NCBI GenBank assembly: GCA_905178155.1
Contig: CAJINV010000006.1
Span: forward strand, 3,160,437-3,224,436
Source of the DNA: Amoebophrya sp. A120
Taxonomy: Eukaryota; Protista; Dinoflagellata
Length of the DNA stretch: 64,000 bases
Reading direction: 5' to 3'
The notes beneath the pieces were generated by a model. That model was given only the letters and a program-made list of their open reading frames with translations, had not been told where the DNA came from and ran no database searches. Shown piece by piece: positions 13,901-24,130 of the stretch (its first letter is position 1; each line of letters opens with the position of its first letter). Position numbers and translations under genes: made by a program.

Positions 13901-15057
13901 CAGACGCGGACATATTTGTGATGCATACCTGCGGCACACACACAGCTTAGACTTTGAGGCGAAGAAACTGGGGAGGTTGTCGCAGAGTGACATCCGGTAC
14001 GAAACGACAAAGAGCATGCTGAGGAATCGCCCGATGTCTGGTATAATGATATGGTGGTTGGAGGGTCTACTATTCATTCTCAATGATGTAGTTCATGTTG
14101 ACGACAGTGCTATTTTTATCGTAAAAAATTGATAAGTGTGTATCTGTATCGGATCTTCTTGCATTGTTGTTGACGATGACAAAGTACTAGAAGTTTTATC
14201 GACCACAATAACCCTCCCACCTACTTCCCAGCAACCGAGAAGCTCCGCGAGACGCAGCGGCTATTTCACGCGCATGAATCGGACATGAATAAGCAGGAGA
14301 ACCGCGCCAACGATCTCCATGGGGACCCTGCCGTACCTGTTCCGGCGTCAACGTCTGGACGAGCAGCCTCCTCCTCTTCCGATATATTTCTGGAGCAAAG
14401 TCTATGCATTGCAAAAGTCAAAGTATGGTACTATTGAAGCAGTAATCGCATTACAAGTTTGTCCAGCATGAAAAATGGAATTTCTCATGCTGATTTATTA
14501 CCTTGAAAAGGAGATCTGTCATGCACAAATGCGATTACTGCGAGAACGAGTGCGATGCTTTTGCACAGGATAGAGCCTTGCTTTCGGCAATTTCCGCGAC
14601 ACCCGGCTGGGCAATCGGCAGTTGTTTATCCCAAAAGATGTATGACAGTGCACAACAACTCCTCCTCGTTCTCATTTCTCATGCACAAGCCCAAATCCAG
14701 TTGTTCCCTTGTACGTACCTTTACTATTACGCATGACAAATTCCGGAAGCCCAAACATTACTACATTAAAGGAATTCACACGTTTGTCATGCGTAGCATC
14801 CACGTGCGCTGGTGTTTGTATTGCTGTTCATGCAGTATACAAATAAGGGGAACGAGAGGGGTTGTGCACTCTCATAAGATGTTACGGAGTACTACGACGA
14901 GCTACATGCGGATCCTCCAAAACCGAAGGAAAAACCCAAGCGTCCTTGGAGCGGAAAGGACAAACGGAGGGAGAAGCAGGCGGAAATGTGGAAGGGAGAG
15001 ATAAAGGGCGTTGGGGAAGAGCTGTTGAGGACGCTCCCGCCGAGGGCGTTGTGCTGA
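4999..15057 (+). CDS. Gene 2: large low-complexity protein with recurring RP-x-SA motifs, ~16 introns, function unknown
   Basis: Exons between elements are open; last exons join as ...EQSLAFGNFRDTRLGNRQLFIPKDVTEYY... ending TGA 15055-57; acceptor of the intron at ~14041 unresolved. Confidence 0.7.
5564..5717. mobile_element. Introner family A
   Basis: TIRs; DR GCGGA/ACGGA. Confidence 0.85.
5798..5955. mobile_element. Introner family A (opposite orientation to 5564)
   Basis: TIRs; DR TGACG. Confidence 0.9.
6411..6562. mobile_element. Introner family A
   Basis: TATGCATTGCAAA...TTTGCAATGCATA; DR GGTCG. Confidence 0.92.
6600..6828. mobile_element. Introner family B
   Basis: TATGAAAGTGCACAA...TTGTGCACTCTCATA; DR AAGAA/AGGAA. 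Confidence 0.9.
6937..7189. mobile_element. Introner family C
   Basis: TACGGATTGCAAAAATGTCTGGGT...ACCCAGACATTTTTGCAGTTGATA; DR GGAGA. Confidence 0.92.
7309..7623. mobile_element. Introner family G
   Basis: TATGGGAGTGTCAGGA...TCCTGACACTCCCATA; DR CGGCA. Confidence 0.93.
7697..7905. mobile_element. Introner family D
   Basis: TATCCCACGAAAAAACTG...CAGTTTTTTCTTGCGATA; DR CTCGG. Confidence 0.9.
8586..10014. repeat. Long imperfect inverted repeat (~680-bp arms) with a twin-hairpin centre
   Basis: 8586-9262 is the reverse complement of ~9332-10014; mirrored ORFs 8818(-)/9447(+). Confidence 0.93.
10016..10115. other. Assembly gap (100 N)
   Basis: Run of N. Confidence 1.
10116..10243 (+). repeat. 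12-bp minisatellite (CCTGTCGTTTCG)n, degenerating
   Basis: Tandem copies directly after the gap. Confidence 0.9.
10793..10946. mobile_element. Introner family A (in-frame, stop-free)
   Basis: CATGAACTGCAAAA...TTTTGCACAGGATA; DR CGATG. Confidence 0.9.
11580..11757. mobile_element. Introner family E
   Basis: TATTACAGGAAAAAG...CTTTTTTCCTTGATA; DR CCTTG. Confidence 0.88.
12329..12495. mobile_element. Introner family A
   Basis: TIRs; DR GAGGC/GAGGT. Confidence 0.88.
12544..13279. mobile_element. Long (736 bp) family-F-like introner
   Basis: ~50-bp imperfect TIR TATCAAAAGGGAACATCCCC...GGGGATTTTTCATTTTAATA; DR AAGCT. Confidence 0.82.
13627..13927. mobile_element. Introner family C (diverged)
   Basis: TIRs; DR CCTGC. 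Confidence 0.85.
14403..14572. mobile_element. Introner family A
   Basis: TIRs; DR AAGTC/GAGCC (degenerate). Confidence 0.82.
14641..14876. mobile_element. Introner family B
   Basis: TIRs; DR AGATG. Confidence 0.92.
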
Positions 15058-15165
15058 TAAGTAGTAGAGTTCCCGGCGAAGAAGTTCTCTCTCCCATTAG
15101 GAGAAAGAGATGAATAAATAGCACGACTGATTTTTTATTTGTAAGATCGTTTTCATCTGAAACTG

Positions 15166-17510
15166 GTAAAGTAGAGGGTCGGCCAAAGTGAGAGGGTCGG
15201 GGAGAGGTAAAACGAGAGGTAGCGGAGAGGGTAGGGAGAGGGTGCGTAGTATGCACGCCGTTAAAGCGCGGCGATACGCGCGCAGAGGTTGGGTAGAGGT
15301 TGGGGAGAGGTAAAGTAGAGGGTAGGGGAAGAGGGTGTAGAGGGTCGGAGAGGGTGCGTAGTATAGGGCGACCCTCTAGGCGACCCTCTACCGCGACCCT
15401 CCCCGGGAGCCTCTATTTTACCTCTCAACGGACCCTCTCGGGACCTCTCCGACCCTCTCCCGGACCCTCTCCGGGAACCTCTCCGACCCTCTCCGGGAAC
15501 CTCTCCGACCCTCTCCCGGACCCTCTCTGACCCCCTCCCGGACCCTCTCCCGGACCCTCTCCGGGACCCTCTCCCGGACCCTCTCCGGGAACCTCTCCCG
15601 GAGCACAGCCAGCCCATTTTTCTGCGCGCGGCGCCTCCTCAAGAAGCTCGCTAGGGCGCAGCGACCGGCTGGCATTGCTTTCGCTTTCAGATCAGAGCGG
15701 CCGTTCAAAGTGCGTGCGCCGCTCTGCGTCCCCCAGAGTCAGGTGGAGGACGGCGGGGCCAGTTCGTGGGCTAAAAATTGGCTAAATTTTCCGGGATTTT
15801 CCCGAGACCCCAAGGCCCGGGCACCTCTCTGGCTTGGCCCGTGTGCCGCCGCCCCGGTCCGTGTCTTATCGCCCCCCCCTTCCTGGTTCGCCTCTGCCTT
15901 GTCGCCCCCATGGGGTTTGTTGGTGTCTGTGGGCCACTGGTACAGTGCGGCCGCTGTGCCTGCTCCTGCCTTGTGTTTTGTGTTTGGCCGCGCGCCAAGT
16001 TTTAAAATTTAAAAATTGGCCCGGTTTTCCGTGGAAATGCGGAGACGGCCAATTTCGACATGTCTTCCGACGGTGGTTTGCCGGATATTTTGCACCACGC
16101 AAAATATCCGGCCGCGTGGTCATGTGTGTTGCAGGGGAAGGCATTATCTCAGGAGCAACAGGCTCGAGATGGTGTTTGTCACTATCTCGGCCAAGCCCTG
16201 GGGGCTGCCTCTCCTTCTAACTGTTCTGCAGCGCGCTCCGCGCTGTGTTGTGCTTGTCTTTCTGATGACGTCGACCTTTGTCGCAGGATTCTTGTTCTAA
16301 ACGTGGCTTTGGAAATTTAGAAGTCCAGAGGACTTCCATGTTTCCAAAGCCGCGGGATTCACACTTTTTCGTCTTCGAAATCGGCGGCTAAATCTGCAAG
16401 TTGGTGATTTCCTTCCCGAAATCACTGTACTCGCGAATTTAGCCGTTCGAGGCGAAGATGGAAAGAGTGTGAATCCCGCAAAGTTTAGAACAAGAATTAG
16501 AAGGGCAATTTAGAACATGATTTAGCCATGCGATTTAGAACAAAAAATAGAATAGGATTTAGAATAGGATTTAGCCGGCCGATTTAGCACACAATTTAGC
16601 GGGCCAATTTAGAAAGGATTTTCCGCGCTTTTTGCTAAACTGCCAATTTAGCAAAAAGCGCGGAAGGCTAAATCGTTTGGGGCGGTGGAAATGTGGTGGG
16701 GAAATATAATAACTATTCGCGCATGGGATGGCGGCCCACCGACTTCCGGGGGCCAAACACATTTCCACCGGCGCCGGCTTCCGTTTGGGTCTGTCTTTCT
16801 TGGGTTCAAGGGCTTCCGCCTTCGGGCATTTCCTTTCCATGTCTATCCTCCATGCGCCATAGGGTGTCGCCTCGTTCTGTGCGCGCTCCGTCCGGGCCGC
16901 CGCAAAACAGCCGCCACAAACTCCGCTGGGGTTTTGTTTTCTTTTACCCGCGCCACGCGGGCTTTCTCTTTTCCTTCGGCGGCAACGCCGCCACGGCTGC
17001 TTTTGTCTGCCCAGACTCGTAAAAAATGCCGAAAAAATTAGCCAAAATTTAGCGGGCGAAGTCGCCCCACGCCCTCCATCTGACCAGAGGGGGCGCGGCG
17101 CCCCGCCCTAACCTGGTCGGCCACCTAGGGTGGCCGCAACTACTTTACACAGCGCCCGCGCGCGTTGGCAGCAGGTCGGTGCGTCGTCCTTGTGGCGCCT
17201 GAAACGCTGGCGCCCGGAATTAGTTCCCTGTGCGCATTTTCTCACGGCGCGCAGCTATTAAGGCCGGGCATGCAGCAGCAGGCGGAAGCGCAGGACGCGC
17301 CCCCGCGCCGTCTATTAGTAATACAGGCAGCGCTTTAGAGGCGCGCCCCTCCGGTTGCCTACCCATGCCGAAACATGGGCCGGGCTCTTTTTCTTTGGTT
17401 GTGTAGTGGCGCGCAGCGATTCATTGCTGGCGCCACCTTCCCCACCGGAACACCTCCACCGAGCAGCCCCCTCCCCGGCGGCCTCCGCCGGGGGGTGGCT
17501 GGTTTTTATA
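15166..17510. mobile_element. 2.3-kb GC-rich non-coding insertion between 27-bp direct repeats
   Basis: TTGTAAGATCGTTTTCATCTGAAACTG at 15139-15165 and 17511-17537; internal minisatellites and hairpins. Confidence 0.8.
15170..15600. repeat. GAGAGGGT-type repeats followed by complementary (ACCCTCTCCCGG)n minisatellite
   Basis: Purine-rich arm ~15170-15360, pyrimidine-rich arm ~15370-15600. Confidence 0.85.
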
Positions 17511-19058
17511 TTGTAAGATCGTTTTCATCTGAAACTGAAAGTGAGAGTGCAGCTTTGCGAGCGCGTTGGCACTAGGTGCCATAGATATTGTTGTTTAAGA
17601 TTACGCTCTCTGTAGCATAGCTCCTCGTCCGCAATGTTGATCAATTCTACGAACTATAATTTTCCATGTTGTGAGAACATGATCAACATGATATTCTAGT
17701 GAACCACAAAAAAAAAAAGCTCTTACGTCGACGAGGGACCTTCAGCGCCTGCTCGTTCAAGTAGTTCTTCCTCTTTGATTCACCGCAACCAACCTTTATC
17801 GAGACGACTTCACTTTAGCTTTACAGACGTTGACTTTCTCAGCCAAGCAACTTATTGCTTCAGCCTCTGCAGGTGCAGTCTGTTCCTATGTGAAGAAGAC
17901 TGCGATAAATATACATTACAGCAACACCTTGACAGTTAGATTTGATGCAAAAGCAAAGAGCTGTATCGTCAGCTTCTGGATTGCCGAAAAATAAGAACCA
18001 ATTCTTTTGACCCTGAACTTGGCTGTTTTCTTGAACTTCCTTTTCAAAAATACCTCTTCCGCTTTACTTTTTATTTACATCTGAACTTCTGATACTTTCA
18101 ATCTAGTCCGATCATGGCGATAGATTGCTCTGTCTCGAAGTCCTAGCGCATGAGGACCACGACAAGCAACGAGGGGCGTCAACATCTTCAACAACTCATA
18201 TAGCGTCACTATGCCGAGACCTATCATATCTTATCCTCGTCGCTCCGCTTATGAAAAGGCCGACCTTTTTTTATACTTACTTTCTGTTTGTCTGAAACGG
18301 CACGGTATTAACCGCTACGGCCCGCGCTTTATGATGTTAAGGTTAGCCTTATCTTCACTTCTTATGCTCGAACCCGAACGGCATCGATACAGTTACACTT
18401 ACACAACTTTTTACACTCTCCAAATCCAATCAAAACAGATTGTGATTGCCGGTAGAAGTACTATGAGACAGATTGCGGCGGCGGCCGATCGCATCACCAG
18501 GGATGACGAAAAAATGAACTTCAAACTGATAAATTGAGTTTCGCTTTCGTTTCAAATTCAAGGCAAGCTATCTCTCCCGATCATATTCGCTTCGAGTATT
18601 CTTGTTGGTGTCGTGATCGTGTTCATCATCTTCTTCCCGAACAATAAAAGGTGGAATTATAATACCAGCAAGAAGAGGTGCTGACAAGCTTTTGTTTGTT
18701 TCCCTTTTCCCTTTGCGCGAAGCACAAAGTACCATGGGTCGTGGAGGTCCAGCACCAGGTGGTCCACTTTGGGACTACTTTCCAAAACTTTTTTTCCTCT
18801 GAGCGTGGAGCAGGACGAGTGCAATAAAGGAATGAGAGATGATGATGACGACAGCCGGTGGGCTCTACTTTATTTACTAGCTTACTAGATGTACTTAACT
18901 TTGTTCAAAACCGTATTTGTCTCAACGAACATCTGTTGCGGATCGGGATCGGCGAGGAGAAGTTGTGAAGACAATGTCAAGTTCTTCTACTTGAGCTTGA
19001 CTATATGTTTATATCAAGGTGCTTTATAAAATTATTGCGCTTCTGAAATAGCGACATT

Positions 19059-22000
19059 ATGGCACGGGGACCACTCGCACAACTTGCTGGCTCTTCTTGC
19101 TCTTGCTCGTCCTCCTCGTTTCATTCTGCAAAAGCCGCGTCGTCCGCAACAGCGCGGACCCACGTAGTTTCCGCTTTAATGGGTGCGACGTCGAGTTGTA
19201 GTTCTACATCTACTTCGAGCATGCTTTATTTTCAGCATTTTTACACGACAAGACCTGCGGCTGGTGCAGCTGTTGCTCCACGGGGTCTGGGCAAGATTGT
19301 CGTCCAACATGACACCACCACCATCGCGTTCAGGAGCCAGAACCACAGCAAGTTTTTTCTCTCCAGCGGCGTTCTCGGCAGTAGTAGAATGGTGTGCACG
19401 AGGACAAATGGCGGGTCGTCTTGCAGCTCAAGTAGACCTCGAAACTACATGGAGACGATGAGGGGCACTAGTAGAACAAGAGGGGGCGCCGCAACGGCAA
19501 CTACAATTGCTCGTGGTGGTCAACATCCTTCTACCACGACGACCATGGAGACCATGCACCAAGGACGCCACCAGGACCGGGAGTTGTGGTCGCGCACGAG
19601 AAGTGCCAGCTGTTTGATGCAGATCGCAGGAAGATCGCAGGCAGCATGGGCCGCCGCTTCTAGCGCCGCCGGGGGTCGTGCTTCTGGAGATCATCGATAT
19701 TTTTGTGGAGCAGGAGGTGGAGGTACAGGGACAAGGCCGTCTTTTTCAAATTCAATACATGGTCTTCTTGGCCGCGGGGGCAAACAAATCCAAAACCAAA
19801 AGCATTTCTTTTCCACGACAGCTATACAACCTTCCCCGACAGCGGAAGCTGCAGCTTTACACGAACCGCTATCAAGTGGAACTTCTGCGGCCACAAAAAT
19901 TATGACAGAGGATTTAAAGCAGTTCTACCATTTCCACGTGGATCAATACCAGGAACAGATGCGGCAAGATTTTCTTAAAAAGCAAAAGGAGAATACTACC
20001 CATGGGTAAAAACTTCCCCACCACAAACCCAGATGAAGATTTGTCATGGAGGTCCAGGTCGTGCACACTTGCATTTACAGGAACATCTGGTGATGATATG
20101 CGCACCTCTATGAGAGGCCGACTCCTGCTGGCTGTCGTCGTGCTCGTGTGGTGGCATTTGTAATGCTGCAGTTAGTTTCATTACGCATGGCACTTTTATT
20201 CCTCTTCTCATGTTGCCACAGTCCTTGCTAAGAACCTGCACCACACTACAGATTGATGACTTGGCACGCTGCAGAAGCAAAAACTTGTTGACCTGATGTG
20301 TAAGTAGCAAAAGATGTTGAAACAAGAACTGCAGCCATCGTGGCGCCGCGACGGGGGAAGACGTTTTACACAGGATACAAAACGCGAGCTACGAAATCAC
20401 CGAAGATAATCTCACAGGAGAAAAAGATTTACTCGCCGACCCGTCGTCCTACGAGTCCGCTATCGACCGACTGTCGAAAATCAACGACCCCGAGTTTTTC
20501 AAAGCCTATGAGAATGCACAACTCCCCCTCCCCGTCGTATGTGTAGTTGCATGAACAGCAACACGAGCGCTGGCAAAGTAAATGCAGTTTTTCTTGCATG
20601 ACAAATTCTATAAAGGATTCAAATGCTGTTTTGGATTCCGGAAAGTGTCATGCAAACAATGTTAACAGGCAAAGATGGGTGGATTTGTAATTTTGCATGA
20701 CAAATGACGTGGAGGGGAAGTTGTGCACTTTCATAAAGCTAGTCCGAAAACGAGAACGTTGCCGACGGACGGGAGACATTTGGCAAGCTACCCGGGTACG
20801 AGCGACGTTTATGAAAGCCTCAGGTTGGAAATCCTCAAAGTGGAAATAATTTGTAATGCAAAAAAACGACTCCAGTTGAAGCGGCATTTGTAGTCGGCGC
20901 ATGACAAATTTCCCGGGCACGTAAATCATGTCTGTCATGCAGGTTAAGGCAAGGGGGTGCCCTTCTGTCGTGCTAAACAGCACTCCAATTCTTCGCCTCT
21001 AGCAGGACAATAGTCGGCCTCCATTGCGCTCTCTGCAATACAGTCTTTTTTGCGTCGCATTTCATGCATTACAAATCATTTCCACTTTGAGCATTTCCAT
21101 CCTGAGGGTTTCATAACGTTTTGCGCAACATCGCGTTGGTACGGGAGTGTCAGGATAGAAGAAATTGACAAAGTTGAAACAATCTGCCATGCATAAAATG
21201 CGATGCAGAGGGTGGTTCTATTGCCGAGGATGCAAAGTAGGAGGGAGATTCTAGTACTGCTAAGAATCGTCAAGAGGAGTTGGGCATGGGGATGGGCTGC
21301 TGAGTAGCTTGACAGACGGGACGAGTTCCTTTGCCCTAGATAACACGACAGATTTGCTTCCGGCGCGGGAAAAGAAATTTGTCTTCATGCGCCGACAATG
21401 TGCAAACTGTGGGCTCAAATACTGGTATCGGTTTTATGCATTACAAATTGTTTCAACTTTGTCGATTTCGGTCCTGGCGCTTCCATAGTTGGGAGCGGTG
21501 CCGAAGTATTGCCACCAGTGGTTACCGAGGAAGGACGCCACGTTTCAAGTTTCGACTGATTACTACTCGGAGAAAGAAAGGGTAGAGTTTGTCGACGAGA
21601 CGCGAAATTATGCGACACAAATTCATTGCCGTACTAGTACCTAGACGACGTGGAAAGTGCATGAGAAATCGTAGCCCGCAACTAGGAACAGGAATCGAAA
21701 TTTGTAATGCCTGATAAAACGATATGAAAAGACCAAGAGACTTGTCATGCAAGAAAACGAAGTACTAGGCTACAAGTACAATTTCTGTGTGTTGTAGTGA
21801 GATGAATTTGCTGTGGATAGAAACCAACTTGTGGAGCTGAACCAATTGGAGCTGTACAACCGGGGAGGGAATGTGCATCCCGGTACTTACTACATATGTC
21901 GCTTGGAGGATCATTGTCATGGTCTGACATGCAACTCCTGCATGACACGTAGGCATGTATTACCAGAAATTTTGTATGACGGACTGGATTTTTCCTACCT

Positions 22001-23290
22001 CAATAACTAACTTCTTCGTTTAGCAGCACTGCGACTCTTATCAAGTGTAAAAATGTCTGGGTCTGGAAGAGTGCATGTTTGTCATGCTTGTCTGGCATGA
22101 CTCTCAAATCTGTCATGCACGTTACCCAAGAGCGCCATTTTTCTGTCATGTAGAAACGCAGTCTGTCATGCAGAATAAGCAACACCTAGAAGCAGCTCAG
22201 AAACTTGTCATGCTGAGCGAGCACCTGCGGCCTCCTCATGATACGCCACCCAGCATCACAAGTTTCCAGACTCAGGCACTTTTGCATTTGATAACTCTAA
22301 GAACACTAGTATCACGACAGGTGGCTGCCTCCTGCAAGTCACCCAGGACGGCGCCGTTGTCGAGCGCGATGCGGAAAAGGATCGAGAGCTCATTCCCCGA
22401 TCGGTTAGGATGGCGCTGGCGAAGAAACCGATCAACCCAGTTCACGAACGTCTTTCGCTCGACGAGGGAAGTTTTGGGATCTGCCCGAAAACGGGAAGGA
22501 AGTCCAGGGCGATGAAAGCGCATGACCACATGGTAGAGTAGGCGAACAAAGGCTGTGTTGTAGTTTAAGTTTTCGCAACATTTGTGATGAGTAAGCGTGC
22601 CAGCTATCATGTCGCAAACGCAGTTGTACCTCGCATGACAAATTACCTGTTGATCTGCTCGCCAAGGTAAAAGGCCAGTGGGGCGGACTTTACGGCTTTT
22701 CCTTTCTCTTCAGGTATGAAAGTGCACAACTTGAACCCCTCCCCCTGATTTGTCGTGCAAAATGCCGCGCCGACGTCCTGCCGGTAGATCATCTCCGATG
22801 TCATGCAAAATGCCCAATCCAATTGCTGCGTTCTTGTGGGACTGTTTGCATGACAAATTCCGGAAGCGGCCCAAAGCCAAACACTACTAGCACTCGGAGC
22901 GTGAACTCGTCATGTACAGGCTCCACGTGTGTTGATGGCGCTTGTATTGCTGTTCATGCCAGACATTTCAGGAGGAAGGGGAGTTGTGCACTCTCATATC
23001 AGCCTGACCTGGATTATGAAGTATTCCCTCGCCAGTCAAACCGATGTCACGGTAGTGACGGATCCGAAGCGGAGAATATCTGGGTTCTACAGCGTATCAA
23101 ACATAAAAGTGTTAGTGGTACTTCTACTTCTACACGCATGCTGTGCAATAAAAATTCTTGTCGCGGGGGCTTTATTACAACTTGCCTTACCGAAAAGCAA
23201 GAACACCATACGAGAAGACAAATTTCGCTTTAACGCTAACACTTTTTGGCATGATACCCCGCGCACCAGGAAGAGCTGGATAGGATGTAA
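19059..23290 (+). CDS. Gene 3: hypothetical protein, possibly mitochondrial membrane (S/R/A-rich N-terminus, C-terminal hydrophobic segment)
   Basis: Reconstructed end GQWGGLYGFSFLF-LTWIMKYSLASQTDVTVVTDPKRRISGFYSAHQEELDRM*; localisation is inference. Confidence 0.6.
19997..20377. mobile_element. Introner family F (degenerate)
   Basis: TACCCATGGGTAAAAACTTCCCC...GGGGAAGACGTTTTACACAGGATA; DR unclear. Confidence 0.72.
20507..20735. mobile_element. Introner family B
   Basis: TIRs; DR AAGCC/AAGCT. Confidence 0.88.
20810..21115. mobile_element. Introner family G-like
   Basis: TATGAAAGCCTCAGG...CCTGAGGGTTTCATA; DR ACGTT. Confidence 0.9.
21140..21487. mobile_element. Introner family G
   Basis: TIRs; DR GTTGG. 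Confidence 0.88.
22039..22293. mobile_element. Introner family C
   Basis: TIRs; DR ACTCT. Confidence 0.9.
22715..22998. mobile_element. Introner family B
   Basis: TIRs; DR TCAGG/TCAGC. Confidence 0.88.
23095..23256. mobile_element. Introner family E (degenerate)
   Basis: TATCAAACATAAAAGTGTTAG...CTAACACTTTTTGGCATGATA; DR CAGCG/CCCCG. Confidence 0.72.
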
Positions 23291-24130
23291 AGGTTAAGGT
23301 GACACAGACACGTGGCCAACGCGTGAAGATCTAACTTGTACCTGAGTTTTTGATGCCACTCTCTACCTGAGACACAGAAGCCATGCCCTTGGGGCTAGTT
23401 TTGTGAGACGAAGCAAAACTGCTGCTGCATATGCTACAGCTGCAACTTCGGCGGATATGTTATTGTATACCCGTACAACGATCGACATCGAATCATGATA
23501 AGCACTGCTCGAGCGGTCGTCTGTCGAGGTCAAGACGCAGTGACGAGCGCTGCCTGAAAGAGCACTGTGAAGATCCTCGTCTTGCATTATATCACGAGAC
23601 CGTCTCTTGACTTGTGGTGTTCTGTGATGTTGTAGTGTGGTTTCGTACCCACACCCAGCTGCCTATCGTGGTAAGTACAACTTCAAATGAAGTTGATGTG
23701 CCAGCATTTCGTTTCAATTCTTTCTCGCACCATCGCTGTCGCTGCAATGCTTACACGTAGAACTTCTACGTGAAAAATAAAACCGCATCGCTGAGTGAGA
23801 TCATCAGAGCGACACAAAATCGTGCTGGTGGTTAAGTCAAATCCTCGGCGAGGCATTGAAGATAACAGAGAGAATATTTCACCAGTGATTTCGACGTTCC
23901 TTCATTCTATTCGAGACGAAGCAAAGTCGCTGAGAGACGCTACGACGCACAACAGAACGCGCCATGTTTGTGATGTCCTAGTACCTCGTGAAACAAATAA
24001 AGGTCTTCACGTGCTACCTATTCATCTTCGTGTCTGGCTTCAAATTTTTTCGTATTCTTATTCCTATATGGACGACCATGACCACTTATACTTTCTTCAA
24101 AATTAGGAAAAAAACTAGCGCGACGTCGCG

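Noticed and set aside
16483-16680. TTTAG repeats as interstitial telomere
   Set aside because: Units are TTTAGAA/TTTAGC with irregular spacing, not tandem TTTAGGG.
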